Positions 33,037 through 43,777 of a stretch of DNA of 64,000 bases are shown here, piece by piece. Source of the stretch: Chloroflexia bacterium (GTDB taxonomy: Bacteria; Chloroflexota; Chloroflexia; Thermomicrobiales; CFX8); contig JAUIIK010000007.1 of the NCBI GenBank assembly GCA_030431755.1, positions 2,400 to 66,399 on the forward strand, written 5' to 3'. Position numbers and translations under genes: made by a program. Every line of letters begins with the position of its first letter. Position 1 is the first letter of the stretch. Under the pieces are notes generated by a model that searched no databases, was not told where the DNA came from, and saw nothing but the letters and a program-made list of their open reading frames with translations.

Positions 33037-34155
33037 GTGGGCGTTTTGGGGAACGCAGGGCGAAGAGTCGCGGGACGACTGCGTCCAGCCGGACTTGTGT
33101 CATCCGGCTGGCATCAGCGTTTGACGGTGACGCCGGTTCGGCGTGCCGAGATCGTTGACAGTCTCGACGACTCCGCGAAACTCGATTCCGACTACATATT
33201 GCTCGCAGTGCTTGCCTGTCTGATCGCCAGCTTCGGGCTGGTCGTCAACAGCACGGCGGTCACCATCGGCGCAATGCTCATCGCGCCGCTGATGGGCCCG
33301 ATTCTCGGGATGTCGCTGGCGCTTGTGCGTGGCGACCTGCACCGGCTGTCGCAGGCGGTCACGACACTGCTCATCGGCGTCGCCATCGCTATCGTAATGA
33401 GCGCGGTCATCGGCAACATCGTCTCGCGCAGCAAGGCCAGCGGCTTTCTGGCCGAGCTGCCGCGCGAGATGATGAACCGCACCGAACCGACGCTCTTCGA
33501 TCTGGTCGTCGCGATGGCCGGCGGCTTCCTGGCGGCCTACGCGCTGACCCAGCCGCGGCTCTCGCCTGCGTTGCCGGGCGTCGCTATCGCGACATCGCTG
33601 ATGCCGCCACTCTGCGTCGTCGGGCTCGGCATCTCCCAGGGCGAGACGGGGGTATCCAATGGCGCGCTGCTGCTCTTCCTGGCCAACTTCGTCGCGATCG
33701 TCTTCAGCAGCGCGGTCGTCTTCGTGCTGGCCGGCTTTGGCCCGCTGGCCTTTCACGAACGGCGGCAAGTCATCTCGCGGACGTTCTTCGTCTCCAGCAT
33801 CTCGCTAGTGCTGATCACGATCCCGCTGGCGAACTTCATGGTCCGGATCGCCGACGACGCCCGCACAAGTCAGATCATCGACCAGACGCTGACCGACCAG
33901 ATCGAACAGGTGAGCGCCGACGCGCGGCTGGTCGAGTTCACCCGCGAGAGCCGCGACGGCCACATCCACGTCAACGCCACGGTGCGGACGCCGCGCGAGC
34001 TCTCGTCGAATGAGACGACGCGCATCCAGCGCACGCTCGCGTCGCGCCTGGACAAGCCGGTTTCCCTGGAGCTTCTGATCGTGCCGATCACTCTGCTCGA
34101 CGTGATGCCACCGGAGCCCGATACCAACACAGCACCGAGAATGCCGGAGTCGTGA
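33037..34155 (+). CDS. DUF389 / TIGR00341-type membrane protein
   Basis: NSTAVTIGAMLIAPLMGPI, RT.PTLFDL, LPGVAIATSLMPPL. Start uncertain. Confidence 0.88.
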   Translation: MGVLGNAGRRVAGRLRPAGLVSSGWHQRLTVTPVRRAEIVDSLDDSAKLDSDYILLAVLACLIASFGLVVNSTAVTIGAMLIAPLMGPILGMSLALVRGDLHRLSQAVTTLLIGVAIAIVMSAVIGNIVSRSKASGFLAELPREMMNRTEPTLFDLVVAMAGGFLAAYALTQPRLSPALPGVAIATSLMPPLCVVGLGISQGETGVSNGALLLFLANFVAIVFSSAVVFVLAGFGPLAFHERRQVISRTFFVSSISLVLITIPLANFMVRIADDARTSQIIDQTLTDQIEQVSADARLVEFTRESRDGHIHVNATVRTPRELSSNETTRIQRTLASRLDKPVSLELLIVPITLLDVMPPEPDTNTAPRMPES

Positions 34156-34236
34156 CCGCGGCGCGCAAGCACTCCCTTGCGGCGGCAGCTCATGCTATAG
34201 ATGGGCGAACAGCTCGCACGCATTCGAGGAGGGGCA

Positions 34237-35439
34237 ATGAGCGCGCCGGAACGAGTTGATCTGCTGATTCGTGGGGGCCGGGTGATCGATCCGGCGTCGG
34301 ATTTCGATGGTAGCGCTGATGTTGCCGTCAGTGGCACACACATCGTCGAGGTTGGCCCGGACCTGAGCCACCTGAGTCCGGCGCGCACACTGGACGCTAC
34401 CGGCCTGCTCGTTGTGCCGGGGTTGATCGACATCCACGCCCATACCTACACGCACATCAGCCACAGCATCGATCCGGATCTGATCGGCGTGCAGTCCGGC
34501 GTCACGACGGTCATTGATGCCGGTTCAGCCGGGCCGTGCACCTGGGGGCCGTTCTATCACCACGTCATCAAACAGGCGAAGACCCGCAATCTCGCGTTTC
34601 TCCACCTTGCCCGCAACGGCCAGGCCTTCATCCCGGCGATCCGCATCGACGACGACATCGACCTGGAAGCGACGGTCGAGACGGCGCGGGCCTACCCGGA
34701 CGCGATCATCGGCATCAAGCTCCGCGCAGTCGGCCCAGCGGTGATAACGATGGGCGCGCGGATGGTCGAGCTCACCCGGCAGGCGGCGCGTGAGTCGGGC
34801 GGCATGCAGATGATCCACATCGGCGACCCCGACGCTGAAGCCGACGGTCCAACGTTGACCGAAGCGGTGTTGACGAATCTCGAACAGGGCGACATCCTGG
34901 CTCATATCTACACCCATCAGCCGGGGAGCCTGCTGAACGCGGACGGCACCGCGATGCCGGAGGTCTTCGAAGCGCGTGACCGGGGCGTCGTCATGGAGAG
35001 CTCGCCGGGCGGCAGCAATTTCAGCTTCGAGGTCGCCAAGCGCCTGATGGACCAGGGCTTGCTACCGGACGTCATCGGCACCGACCTGACCGGCCGGGGG
35101 CGCGGCGTGCTCGTCCACAGCCTGACCGAGATCATGGCCAAGTACATGGCGCTCGGGCTGAGCCTGCACGACGTCGTCCGCATGACGACCTCGGCCTCTG
35201 CCGGCGTGCTGGGCCTGGATGACCAGATCGGCCGGCTCGCGCCTGGCTACGAGGCTGACATCACGCTACTGAAGCTCGAAACCGGCAAGTGGATCTTCCG
35301 CGACCTGCCCGGCGAGACGCTGACGGGCGACACCGCCCTCGTGCCGGTCCAGACGGTCCGTGCCGGCGAGCTCTTCTCCCCGGAGTGGGGCCCGCGTCCC
35401 TGGGGCTGGCTACCGGAGTCCGAGGACCTGCCGGGCTAG
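34237..35439 (+). CDS. Amidohydrolase superfamily metallohydrolase (dihydroorotase/deacetylase-like)
   Basis: PGLIDIHAH, GVTTVIDAGSAG, GIKLR, MIHIG, GTD, G.L..G..AD; RBS GAGGAGG. Confidence 0.9.
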   Translation: MSAPERVDLLIRGGRVIDPASDFDGSADVAVSGTHIVEVGPDLSHLSPARTLDATGLLVVPGLIDIHAHTYTHISHSIDPDLIGVQSGVTTVIDAGSAGPCTWGPFYHHVIKQAKTRNLAFLHLARNGQAFIPAIRIDDDIDLEATVETARAYPDAIIGIKLRAVGPAVITMGARMVELTRQAARESGGMQMIHIGDPDAEADGPTLTEAVLTNLEQGDILAHIYTHQPGSLLNADGTAMPEVFEARDRGVVMESSPGGSNFSFEVAKRLMDQGLLPDVIGTDLTGRGRGVLVHSLTEIMAKYMALGLSLHDVVRMTTSASAGVLGLDDQIGRLAPGYEADITLLKLETGKWIFRDLPGETLTGDTALVPVQTVRAGELFSPEWGPRPWGWLPESEDLPG

Positions 35440-35569
35440 GCGACGGCGCGCGCCGCTCTGCGCCGAGATTGATCACCCGGCAGGCATCGCATGGGTCGGG
35501 TTGATCTCAGTTGTTCCTCTTAAATCATTGAGAGATCGTGTTCCATCGCGAGCCGATGTCCGAAAGGAC

Positions 35570-35692
35570 GTCATCCTGAGCGAAACGGAGTGCAGCCGAA
35601 GGATCTTTTCGCCAGTCCGAAGCTTCGATGGAATGACTAGATCCTTCGGCTCCCACCCGTTCCACGGGTACCCGGCCTGCGCTCGGGATGCC
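35570..35692. repeat. GTCATCCTGAG...GAAGGATCT-family palindromic element
   Basis: GTCATCCTGAGCG...GCCGAAGGATCT / AGATCCTTCGGC...CGCTCGGGATGCC. Confidence 0.7.
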
Positions 35693-35830
35693 AATCTTGA
35701 AGCGGGACGCGCCTCATGGCTGATAGTTGGTGGCGCACGACGTTGCGAACAAGCGTCATCACCCTATCCGACGCCGATCTTGAAGTACGGGCGTTGGAAA
35801 TGACCTCGATACCAGCGTGGTAGCACGGGC

Positions 35831-38800
35831 CTAATCGGCGTCTGGGACGAAGAAGCCGAGCAGGAGGTCGATGTGTTCGGGCTGGATCAGTCCGGCCGCG
35901 AGCGCTGGCGAGACCGAGCCGACGACGCGCGCCCGGATCTCGCCGGTGTCCAGCGGCTCCTCTGGATCGAGGTAGCCCGCGTCGCTCAAGTAGGACCGGA
36001 AACTCTCCACGTAGTCGGTACGCATACGAGGAACCGCGCCGGAATCCAGCCGGCGCAGCAGCGCCTCGGCATCGCCACGGGCACGGTCCGCCTGCTCGAT
36101 GACGCGCTCGACAAAGGTCTCAGTAAAGGCCCCAGAGTCAAGCACCGCCGCGCGGTCGACCGGGCGGCCGTGACCGACGCGGCGAGCGCTGATCCCGGCC
36201 GCGACGACGTCGGCCCGCGCTTGCGCCACCTCAAAGACTTCGTACTCGATGAATTCAGCGCCGCCGTAGGCCATCAAGGTCTTCAGCTGACCCCAGGTCG
36301 AGATACCGTGCGTGAGCAGGCGGTGGAGCTGATCGACGTCTCGGACGAGATACCAGAGGTGGACGCTCTCGACATCGTTGCGCGGGTCGATCAGCGGCAC
36401 ACCAAGCAGCTCGCGGTAGGCGCGATGGCTTGAGCCATTCGGAGCGGCGACGCTTGGCGCGGGCAGCGGCAGCTCTTCGAGCGCCGAGCGCTGCTCGGAT
36501 TCCGCCAGCTGCCGGACCTCGGCGAGGCTAATGACTCCGTAGTCGAGGTCGTCCTGTTCGGCCAGCATCCGCCGCCACTTGCCGACTTCATCGTGCTGAG
36601 CAGTGAAGTAGAAGACCTGGCGGCCGCTGCGGCTGATCTCGCAGACGGCCCGGATGATCGCCTCCGCCCGGTGCTCGTCGGCATTGCCCAGCGTCTCGTC
36701 CAGGATCAGCGGCAGCTTGGGGCCGTGCTCCATCTCCTCGACGAAGGCAATCCGCACCGCCATAAGCAGCTGGACGCGCGTTGCGCTCGACAGCTCGGAG
36801 AGGCTGTGGTTGATGTTCGTCGTGGTGTCGAGAGCGCGGAAGGCGGGCTCTGGGTCGTCGTCGAACTCGAGCAAGTAGCGGCCCTGGGTCATCCGGACAA
36901 AGAGATCCCGGGCACGGTGGAAGACCTGTGGCCGGTCGTTGTCGCGGGTCTGCTGCCGGACGTGCTCCGCCAGTGACCAGCCGGCCGCGAGCCGGTAGCC
37001 TTCGTCGCGGTTCGAGCGCAGGGTATCACGGGCAAGCTCCTCGTCAACGAGCGCCTGTTCGAGGTTGCGTTCGCGCTTGGCGTCGGCGACGTGCGTTTCG
37101 ATCTCGACGATCCGCCGGTGGAGCTCTTCGGCCTGTGCCGCATCCAGCCGGCGCGTCTCAAGCTCCGCCTCTAGCGCGGCGGCCGGACGCTCGGCCAGCT
37201 GCCGCTCGTCACCGAGCTCAATGAGCGCCTGACGGGCGGTGACGTCAGCTTCCTCGACCGTCTTCCGGGCATGCAGGTAGGCGTCGCGCTGTTCGAGCCA
37301 GTCAGCCAGCCTGCGCTCGTCGCCCTCGTCAAGATCAAGGTCCTTGAAGATCGCAGCACGCTCTGCGGCGATACGCGCCAGCTCCGGCGCAGTCTGGTCA
37401 CGGGCGCTCTCCGCGTTACGGCGCTTGATCCGGGCTGACTCTAGCTGCTGGAGACGTTCGTCGAGATTATCGACGTAGCCCATGATTGGCGCGTGCGCCT
37501 CCGACGGCGCGTAGCCGACGGCCGCAAGGCTGTTGTTCAGGGCGTCGAGGAGCACGGCGTGCCGCTGGTCTAGCTCCATGACCCGTTGTTCCGCCGCCGC
37601 GAACCGGGTGTCGGCCTCCTGCCAGCGGTCGAGCTGCTGGGCCAGGGTATGGAGCTCGGTGGAAGCGATCTCGTTCAACCCCTGCGCGGTCAGCGCCTCG
37701 CCCCAGACACGCTCGCTCTCAGCGTGCGCCGCCGCTGCTTGCTGCCAGCGCTCTTCGAGGTCAGACCACCGTTCGGCGCGCACCCGCGCCAGCTGCTGCT
37801 GGTGGAGCTGCCGGCCAAGCTCCTCACCCAGCCGTTCGACGTGCTCAACGGTCCAGCCCGGCGGCTGTGACAGCCCGAGGCGCAGGTACTCATCCTGGAA
37901 GTGTGAAGCCCGGCTCGTCGTGGTTGCCGGCTTGGGCCGGAAGATCCAGCCGAGGACAAGCGGGGCGGGCGCGAGGAGGATCAACCCCAGCAACACCGGG
38001 TGTCCGGCGATCCCGGCCACCAGCGCCAACAGCGCGATCAGACCGGCCGCGACAATGAGCGGAACCCAGGCGACCGGCGCGCTGGTTGCGGTGGCCGGCG
38101 CGCCGCTGGAGCGCAGCCAGCCATTGAGCTGCGAGATACCACGCTGCAAGCGTTCGATGTCGCCATAGTCAGCCGGTGCGCCAAGCCAGCCGCGCAGTGC
38201 CTCGGCCGCGTCGAGCTGCGCCTGCGTTTGCTCGAATTGCCGGGCAAGCGTCACAAGCTCGCGCAAGCCTCCGGCTTCGAGCCGCCGTAGCTGCGCCTCG
38301 TCAATCTGCTGGCCGAGCTGCCGGGCGGCACGGTCCCGGAGCAGGCCCTGCTCGTTGCGCTCGTCTTCGGCACGGGCCAGACTACCGCCGAGCTCTTGCA
38401 GCTGCCGGGACTGCTCTTTGAGCGCCGCCAGGGAGCCCGCCGGTAACTCAGCGCCTTCCAGGCCGCTCCGCGCGATCTCGGCGGTAGCAGCCTCGATCTC
38501 GGTGTCGTGCTGGCGCGCACGCTGTTCATATTCGAGACGGCGCGCATCCAGCTCCGCGAGCCTCTCCAGCTCGTCGCCGAAGAGCAGCGCGATACTCTCC
38601 GGCAGTGCCGCCAGAGTATCCTTCGCAACTTCAAGCTCCTGCTGGCGCTGCCGGGCGACAAGCGCCCGCTCCAGCAACGCGACGCGCGCGCCTGACTCCC
38701 GTGCCTGCTCGTACTGGCCTCTCAGATCGTCCAGATCACGCTGCTCGCGCAGTAGCGCGTCTTGCGTCTGTCGAGCGTTCTGCGTCTTCGCGCGGGCCTC

Positions 38801-39289
38801 ATTTAGCCGGCCGATGTTGCCCCTGGGCTGCGTTGGGCGCTGACGGTAGCCAAGCTCATCGCGGGCAGCAGTAACGTCGTACCCGCCGGCGGATTCACGC
38901 AGGATCACGCCGGCGAAGTCGGCGTTGTCAGCCTGCAGGAGGTCGTGCAACGTCAGCACGTAGCGGTCGCGGAAGTCGCTGGCGTCGAGCGGCAGGCTGG
39001 CCGCCTCGCTGCCGTCCTGTCGGGCACGGCTGACGCCGGCGTCGACCTCGACATCCCAGGCCGAGCCATCGAGGTCGATCTGGGCGGCCAGCGAAGCGCG
39101 GGACCAATCGGGCAGGTCGTTCCAGAGCAACATCTGCAAAACCAGCGCCGTCGTCGACTTGCCGGAGGCGTTCGGCCCGTAGGTGATGTTGATCCCGGCG
39201 GTCAGATTCTCGATTACGAATGGCGTCTCGATACCGGGCGTTCGCCGGACGTCGAGCCGGCGGAAGACCAGCGCGGATCTGCCGCTCAT
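35831..39289 (-). CDS. YhaN-like SMC/Rad50-type ATPase with coiled coils and a central hydrophobic hairpin
   Basis: Walker A GPNASGKST, long heptad regions, signature ELSSATR, Walker B LILDE; ATGA overlap with the upstream nuclease gene. Confidence 0.88.
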   Translation of the reverse strand: MSGRSALVFRRLDVRRTPGIETPFVIENLTAGINITYGPNASGKSTTALVLQMLLWNDLPDWSRASLAAQIDLDGSAWDVEVDAGVSRARQDGSEAASLPLDASDFRDRYVLTLHDLLQADNADFAGVILRESAGGYDVTAARDELGYRQRPTQPRGNIGRLNEARAKTQNARQTQDALLREQRDLDDLRGQYEQARESGARVALLERALVARQRQQELEVAKDTLAALPESIALLFGDELERLAELDARRLEYEQRARQHDTEIEAATAEIARSGLEGAELPAGSLAALKEQSRQLQELGGSLARAEDERNEQGLLRDRAARQLGQQIDEAQLRRLEAGGLRELVTLARQFEQTQAQLDAAEALRGWLGAPADYGDIERLQRGISQLNGWLRSSGAPATATSAPVAWVPLIVAAGLIALLALVAGIAGHPVLLGLILLAPAPLVLGWIFRPKPATTTSRASHFQDEYLRLGLSQPPGWTVEHVERLGEELGRQLHQQQLARVRAERWSDLEERWQQAAAAHAESERVWGEALTAQGLNEIASTELHTLAQQLDRWQEADTRFAAAEQRVMELDQRHAVLLDALNNSLAAVGYAPSEAHAPIMGYVDNLDERLQQLESARIKRRNAESARDQTAPELARIAAERAAIFKDLDLDEGDERRLADWLEQRDAYLHARKTVEEADVTARQALIELGDERQLAERPAAALEAELETRRLDAAQAEELHRRIVEIETHVADAKRERNLEQALVDEELARDTLRSNRDEGYRLAAGWSLAEHVRQQTRDNDRPQVFHRARDLFVRMTQGRYLLEFDDDPEPAFRALDTTTNINHSLSELSSATRVQLLMAVRIAFVEEMEHGPKLPLILDETLGNADEHRAEAIIRAVCEISRSGRQVFYFTAQHDEVGKWRRMLAEQDDLDYGVISLAEVRQLAESEQRSALEELPLPAPSVAAPNGSSHRAYRELLGVPLIDPRNDVESVHLWYLVRDVDQLHRLLTHGISTWGQLKTLMAYGGAEFIEYEVFEVAQARADVVAAGISARRVGHGRPVDRAAVLDSGAFTETFVERVIEQADRARGDAEALLRRLDSGAVPRMRTDYVESFRSYLSDAGYLDPEEPLDTGEIRARVVGSVSPALAAGLIQPEHIDLLLGFFVPDAD

Positions 39290-40608
39290 CGCGCCGCCTC
39301 CTTCTGGGCCACAAGCGTGTCGAGCAATGTCCGCGCTTCGGCCAGCAGCAGCCGCTCGGCATCGGCCCGCCCGGGCTCAGCGTCCGGCGAGATCCTGGCG
39401 AACGAGGTCGAGCCATGGATCGTGCGGAGCTCGCGCGCCGTCACCGTAATCAGACCGGCGTACTCGGCGTCCGGATCGCCGGCTTCGAGCGCCTGAATGA
39501 TTCGGGCCACCTCGCCTGGCGGGTCGTTGCGCCGGGCCAGCGCGTCGAGATCGAGCGCCGGCTGGGTGGCGATCTCGATACGCTCGATGACCGCCTCAGC
39601 GCCGCCCGCGCCGGGCACCCGCAGGTCTTCCTCAGCCAGCCGGGCGATAGCCTGTAACTCGCGGTGAAGTGGCGTCCGACCGATCAATCGCAAGCGGCAT
39701 GACAGGCAAGCCAGGCGGTCATAGCGGTGCGCTTCCTCGGCCAGCGCCTCCCGCAACGCCCCAACAATCTTCGAGCGCACAGCGTCGGCATCGGCGCAAT
39801 CCGAAACGTCGATGTCGTGGGCGAGGTAGCAGGCGGTCGAGAGCGGCACGCGGCGCGTCGCGACCCGTCCAGAGCCGTCGATCGTCGCGATGACCGCGCC
39901 GTGGACGCCCGGCTCGCCGGGATCCATGGCCTGGGGCGTGCCAGGGTACATCACGACCAGCGCGCCGTCGTCGACGAGTATCGACTGACCGTGGATATGC
40001 CCAAGCAACCAAAGGGCAACCGGTTGCCGGCGCAATTCAGCGAGTGTGACCGGACCGTACTGGCTGCCGGGTTGGTCCAGATCAGCGTGGAGCAAGCCGA
40101 GCACCGGAGCCGTACCGGCCGGCAGATCGTAGCTATCAAGGGCGCAGTCGGGCACATGCTCGCGCGGGAAGGACCAGCCGTCGATGTGGAGCACGGGCTG
40201 TCCCTCGCGCTCCAGCGTATGGCGCTCCCACCGGCCACCCCCGCCGAGAAGATGGAAGCCGTCGAGGTCGAGCGCCGCGGACAGTTGCGGCAAGACATCG
40301 TAATCGTGGTTGCCGGCGACGGCGAAGGTCGCGATGCCGGCGGCGGAGAGCTGCCGCAACCCGCGTTCAAGCGGCCCGACCGCCTCGAAGTAGCGGTTGG
40401 AGCGGTCCACCAGATCGCCGCTCAGGGCGACGATGTCGACGCGCTCGCCGATGGCCGTCTCGACGATGGCATCCCACGCGCCCGCGCCCGAGTGCTCCGG
40501 GCCGCTGTAGGCGTCCGTCAGGCGGCTGGAGCGCCGGCCGATATGGAGATCGCCGGCACAGAGTATTCGGATCGCATTACCTGACATTATCCCCACATTC
40601 CCGGTCAT
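39286..40608 (-). CDS. YhaO-like Mre11/SbcD metallophosphoesterase DNA exonuclease
   Basis: GDLHIG, SGDLVD, GNHD, LLHAD, LGHIH, YPG.PQ..D.GE.G. Alternative start 40587. Confidence 0.92.
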   Translation of the reverse strand: MTGNVGIMSGNAIRILCAGDLHIGRRSSRLTDAYSGPEHSGAGAWDAIVETAIGERVDIVALSGDLVDRSNRYFEAVGPLERGLRQLSAAGIATFAVAGNHDYDVLPQLSAALDLDGFHLLGGGGRWERHTLEREGQPVLHIDGWSFPREHVPDCALDSYDLPAGTAPVLGLLHADLDQPGSQYGPVTLAELRRQPVALWLLGHIHGQSILVDDGALVVMYPGTPQAMDPGEPGVHGAVIATIDGSGRVATRRVPLSTACYLAHDIDVSDCADADAVRSKIVGALREALAEEAHRYDRLACLSCRLRLIGRTPLHRELQAIARLAEEDLRVPGAGGAEAVIERIEIATQPALDLDALARRNDPPGEVARIIQALEAGDPDAEYAGLITVTARELRTIHGSTSFARISPDAEPGRADAERLLLAEARTLLDTLVAQKEAAR

Positions 40609-40822
40609 GCCTTAGCGCATAACTGGCCGTTCTTGCTGAATTGCTTTACTATAACCGACAACGCCGTGCGGGGCTGCTCCGGTTGCGATCAATCCGCACG
40701 GCGATCCAAGCTTCCAGTGTCGCGTGCCGATTGGAACCATCCCGGAGCAACCCGCTTGCCGGGCCGTATATGGGAACATCTCGACTAGACTCGTCAGCAG
40801 ATCGACAGGATCCCCGGATACC

Positions 40823-43777
40823 ATGAGCGTACTCGTTCGCGACCAACTCAACGCCGAACAGCTCCGGGCGGTTCGGCATCGTGGCGCGCCGCTGCGGATC
40901 ATCGCCGGAGCCGGCACGGGCAAGACGGCGACCCTGACGGCGCGTTTCGTTGACCTCGTCGAACGCGGCGACGCCGGCATCGACGAGATCCTCGCCCTCA
41001 CCTTCACGCGCAAAGCCGCCGACGAAATGCGGCAGCGCATCGAGAACGAGCTGGACCGCAGCTTCGGAACGATCTGGGTGCGTACCTTCCATTCCTTCTG
41101 CCAGGTCGCGTTGCGACTGGAGCTGACACGTCTCGGCCAGTCCGCGCCCCAGGTCATTGAGGACGACGAGCGCCTACTGCTCCTGAGCGCCGCTCTCGAC
41201 GGCATCGAGTTCCCAGGTTACGTCAACCGGCGCGATGAGCTCTTCCGCCAGGCGCTGCTCTTCATCGACCGCGTGAAGGACGAGTGCCTGACGCCCTCGG
41301 AGGCGCTGGCGCTCGCGCAGCGGCGCGGCCACCGGCAGATGGCGGAGCTAGCCGAGGTCTACAACCGCTACCAGCGGCAGCTGCGGGCTGAACAAGCATT
41401 CGATTTCGGGGAGCTACAGATGCGCTTCATCGACATCCTCGAACGTGATGAGCGGGCGCTGGCACGCTGGCAGGGGCGCTTCGAGCACATCCTGATCGAC
41501 GAGTACCAGGATGTGAACCGCGCCCAGGCTCGGGTCATCAAGCTGCTCGCAGGGGACGGCGAGCGCCTCACCGTCGTCGGCGACCGGGACCAGGCCATCT
41601 ACGCCTTTCGCGGCGCGAGCCACGAATTTATCGAGGATATGCCGCAAGACTATCCCGGCACGAAGACGATCCGGCTCGAACGCAACTACCGCTCGCACCA
41701 GGCGATCCTCGACGCCGCCAACGCCCTGATCGCCCACAACCGGCACGACGACGACGCCCGGGCGGTCCTGACGGCGGAGACGCAGGGCGCCGGACCGAAG
41801 CCGGTCGTCTACCGCGCTGAATCCGAGATGGACGAAGCCGCGATGATCGCGCGCCAGATCGCCCGCTTGCACTGGCTCGACGGCGTCCGCTTCCAGGATG
41901 TGGCCGTACTGCTGCGTAGCGTCGCGGTGGCCGGCGGGGCGGTCGCCCAGGCCATCCGCGAGTACGACATCCCGGTCGTCTTCGCCGGCCGCGACTACGA
42001 GACCACCCGCGCTCAGACCGACGTTGCCGCCACCTTGCGCCTGCTCGACGCCGAGGAGATCGACGACCTCTGCCACATCCTCGCCTCGCACGACGTCGAC
42101 CGCCTACAGCTGCTGCGGGCCCAGGCCGAGGGCGAGCAGGCAAGCGCTTTCATCGAGGAGTGGATGCGTAGTGACGAAGACGCCCGGCGAGCGATTAGCC
42201 ATATCCGCGGCGAGGTCGCGCAACTCCGCGACAACACGCTCCCGGAGCAAGTCTATGGCGCGCTACGCATCTGCAAGCGGCTGCCGCCGCCGGACCAACC
42301 GACGCACCAGGACATCGCCTACATGCGCGCCTTCCGCCAGATCCTCAGCCGCGCGACCCGGCTGGCCGAGCGCGGCGAGGGACGCCAAACGCTGCTGCGG
42401 GTCATCGACGACGCGTTGGGCGCTGACGTTCAGGAGACTGAGTCGAGCGGCGACGCCGTCCAGCTGATGACCGTCCACGCCGCCAAGGGGCTGGAGTTCG
42501 ACCACGTCTTCGTGGCCGGGCTGGCCGATGGCCGCTTCCCGCTCACCCGCCGCCTCGACCGCGGTCTCGATCTCCAGGACCCGGCCAGCTGGCGCATCGA
42601 CGATACAGGAACGAGCGACGGCGCGAAGCGAGAGGCGTTTCTCGAGGAGGAGCGCCGCCTGGGCTATGTCGCGCTCACCAGATCCCGCAAGTCGCTCTTC
42701 CTGAGCTATGCCCAGAGCTACGGCCAGGAATTCGAGTCCGAACCGACCTTCCTCACCAACATCCGCGCCACCAACGAACAGGCCCTCGCGCCGCTGGACC
42801 GCTCGACCGAGCGCCGCTCCTGGAGCGCGACCGAGTACGCGCGGGCGCAGCGCGAGCTGCTCAACGGCGCGCTGGCCGCTCCCGAGGTCAGCGGCGACGC
42901 AATTGGCGATCTGCTCTTGAGCCAGTGGACGCTGGCGCAGCTCCCGGATAGCAGCGTCTGGACGCCGCCGGTCGCGCCCCGCGCCTTTAACGGCGACGAG
43001 GAGCTGCGGCTCTCCTACACGACATTCTCAGCCTGGGAGAAGTGCCGGCGCCAGTACTACTACAACTATGTCCTGCGGCTGGACGGCGACCAGCACTCGC
43101 CCCAGATGACGCTCGGCACGGCGGTCCATGACACGATCGAGTGGATGAATAAGGAGCGGCAAGGAGGTCATCTACCCAGCGAGGGGCGCTTGATCGAGAC
43201 CTTTCGCGACGCCTGGGACGGCGACGGCTTCGAAGCGCCGGCCCAGGAACGCCAGAACCGCGAGCGCGGCGAACAGCTGCTGCGGCGCTTCTACCGCTGG
43301 GAGATCCACCAGCAGCGCGAGATCCTCGAAACCGAGCTCTCCTTCGAGATCCCCTTCGGCCGGCACACCTTGCTCGGCAGGATCGACTGCGTGAGCCGCG
43401 ACCGCGACGGCCGGCTCGAGATCATCGACTACAAGAGCGGCCGAAAGGGCGGTACGTCCAAGAACGACGCCATCCCGCAGCTCGCGCTCTACCGCATGGC
43501 CTGGGAGCTATCGCACCCGGAGGACAGCCCGCGCACATCGCTCTACTTCCTCCGCAGTAACGGCGACAAGGGCCTGAACTACGTCCCGGAGTTCAAATTC
43601 AACACCCACTCCTGGGCGCTCGACCTGGAGCCGGAGCAGATCGACGAGGTGCGCGGCAGGCTGGCAGCCTTTGCCAACGGCGTCCTCAACAACGACTTCA
43701 CGCCGATCAGCGATCCACAAGTCTGTCGCAATTGCCCGTTCACCTCGATCTGCGAAGGAGCCGCCTCCAATGATTGA
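40823..43777 (+). CDS. UvrD-like SF1A helicase fused to a PD-(D/E)XK nuclease (AdnA-like)
   Basis: AGAGTGKT, LTFTRKAA, DEYQD, GD.DQAIY.FRGA, NYRS, TVHAAKGLEF, EERRL.YVALTR; GRID...IIDYK; C...CxxCx5C. Confidence 0.9.
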   Translation: MSVLVRDQLNAEQLRAVRHRGAPLRIIAGAGTGKTATLTARFVDLVERGDAGIDEILALTFTRKAADEMRQRIENELDRSFGTIWVRTFHSFCQVALRLELTRLGQSAPQVIEDDERLLLLSAALDGIEFPGYVNRRDELFRQALLFIDRVKDECLTPSEALALAQRRGHRQMAELAEVYNRYQRQLRAEQAFDFGELQMRFIDILERDERALARWQGRFEHILIDEYQDVNRAQARVIKLLAGDGERLTVVGDRDQAIYAFRGASHEFIEDMPQDYPGTKTIRLERNYRSHQAILDAANALIAHNRHDDDARAVLTAETQGAGPKPVVYRAESEMDEAAMIARQIARLHWLDGVRFQDVAVLLRSVAVAGGAVAQAIREYDIPVVFAGRDYETTRAQTDVAATLRLLDAEEIDDLCHILASHDVDRLQLLRAQAEGEQASAFIEEWMRSDEDARRAISHIRGEVAQLRDNTLPEQVYGALRICKRLPPPDQPTHQDIAYMRAFRQILSRATRLAERGEGRQTLLRVIDDALGADVQETESSGDAVQLMTVHAAKGLEFDHVFVAGLADGRFPLTRRLDRGLDLQDPASWRIDDTGTSDGAKREAFLEEERRLGYVALTRSRKSLFLSYAQSYGQEFESEPTFLTNIRATNEQALAPLDRSTERRSWSATEYARAQRELLNGALAAPEVSGDAIGDLLLSQWTLAQLPDSSVWTPPVAPRAFNGDEELRLSYTTFSAWEKCRRQYYYNYVLRLDGDQHSPQMTLGTAVHDTIEWMNKERQGGHLPSEGRLIETFRDAWDGDGFEAPAQERQNRERGEQLLRRFYRWEIHQQREILETELSFEIPFGRHTLLGRIDCVSRDRDGRLEIIDYKSGRKGGTSKNDAIPQLALYRMAWELSHPEDSPRTSLYFLRSNGDKGLNYVPEFKFNTHSWALDLEPEQIDEVRGRLAAFANGVLNNDFTPISDPQVCRNCPFTSICEGAASND

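Noticed and set aside
40609-40822. LexA box in the divergent repair promoter
   Set aside because: No GAAC-N4-GTTC match found by eye; the nearest has wrong spacing.
43000-43777. Cas4-like nuclease suggesting a CRISPR link
   Set aside because: It is the C-terminal domain of a UvrD fusion, as expected for AdnAB/AddB-type enzymes.
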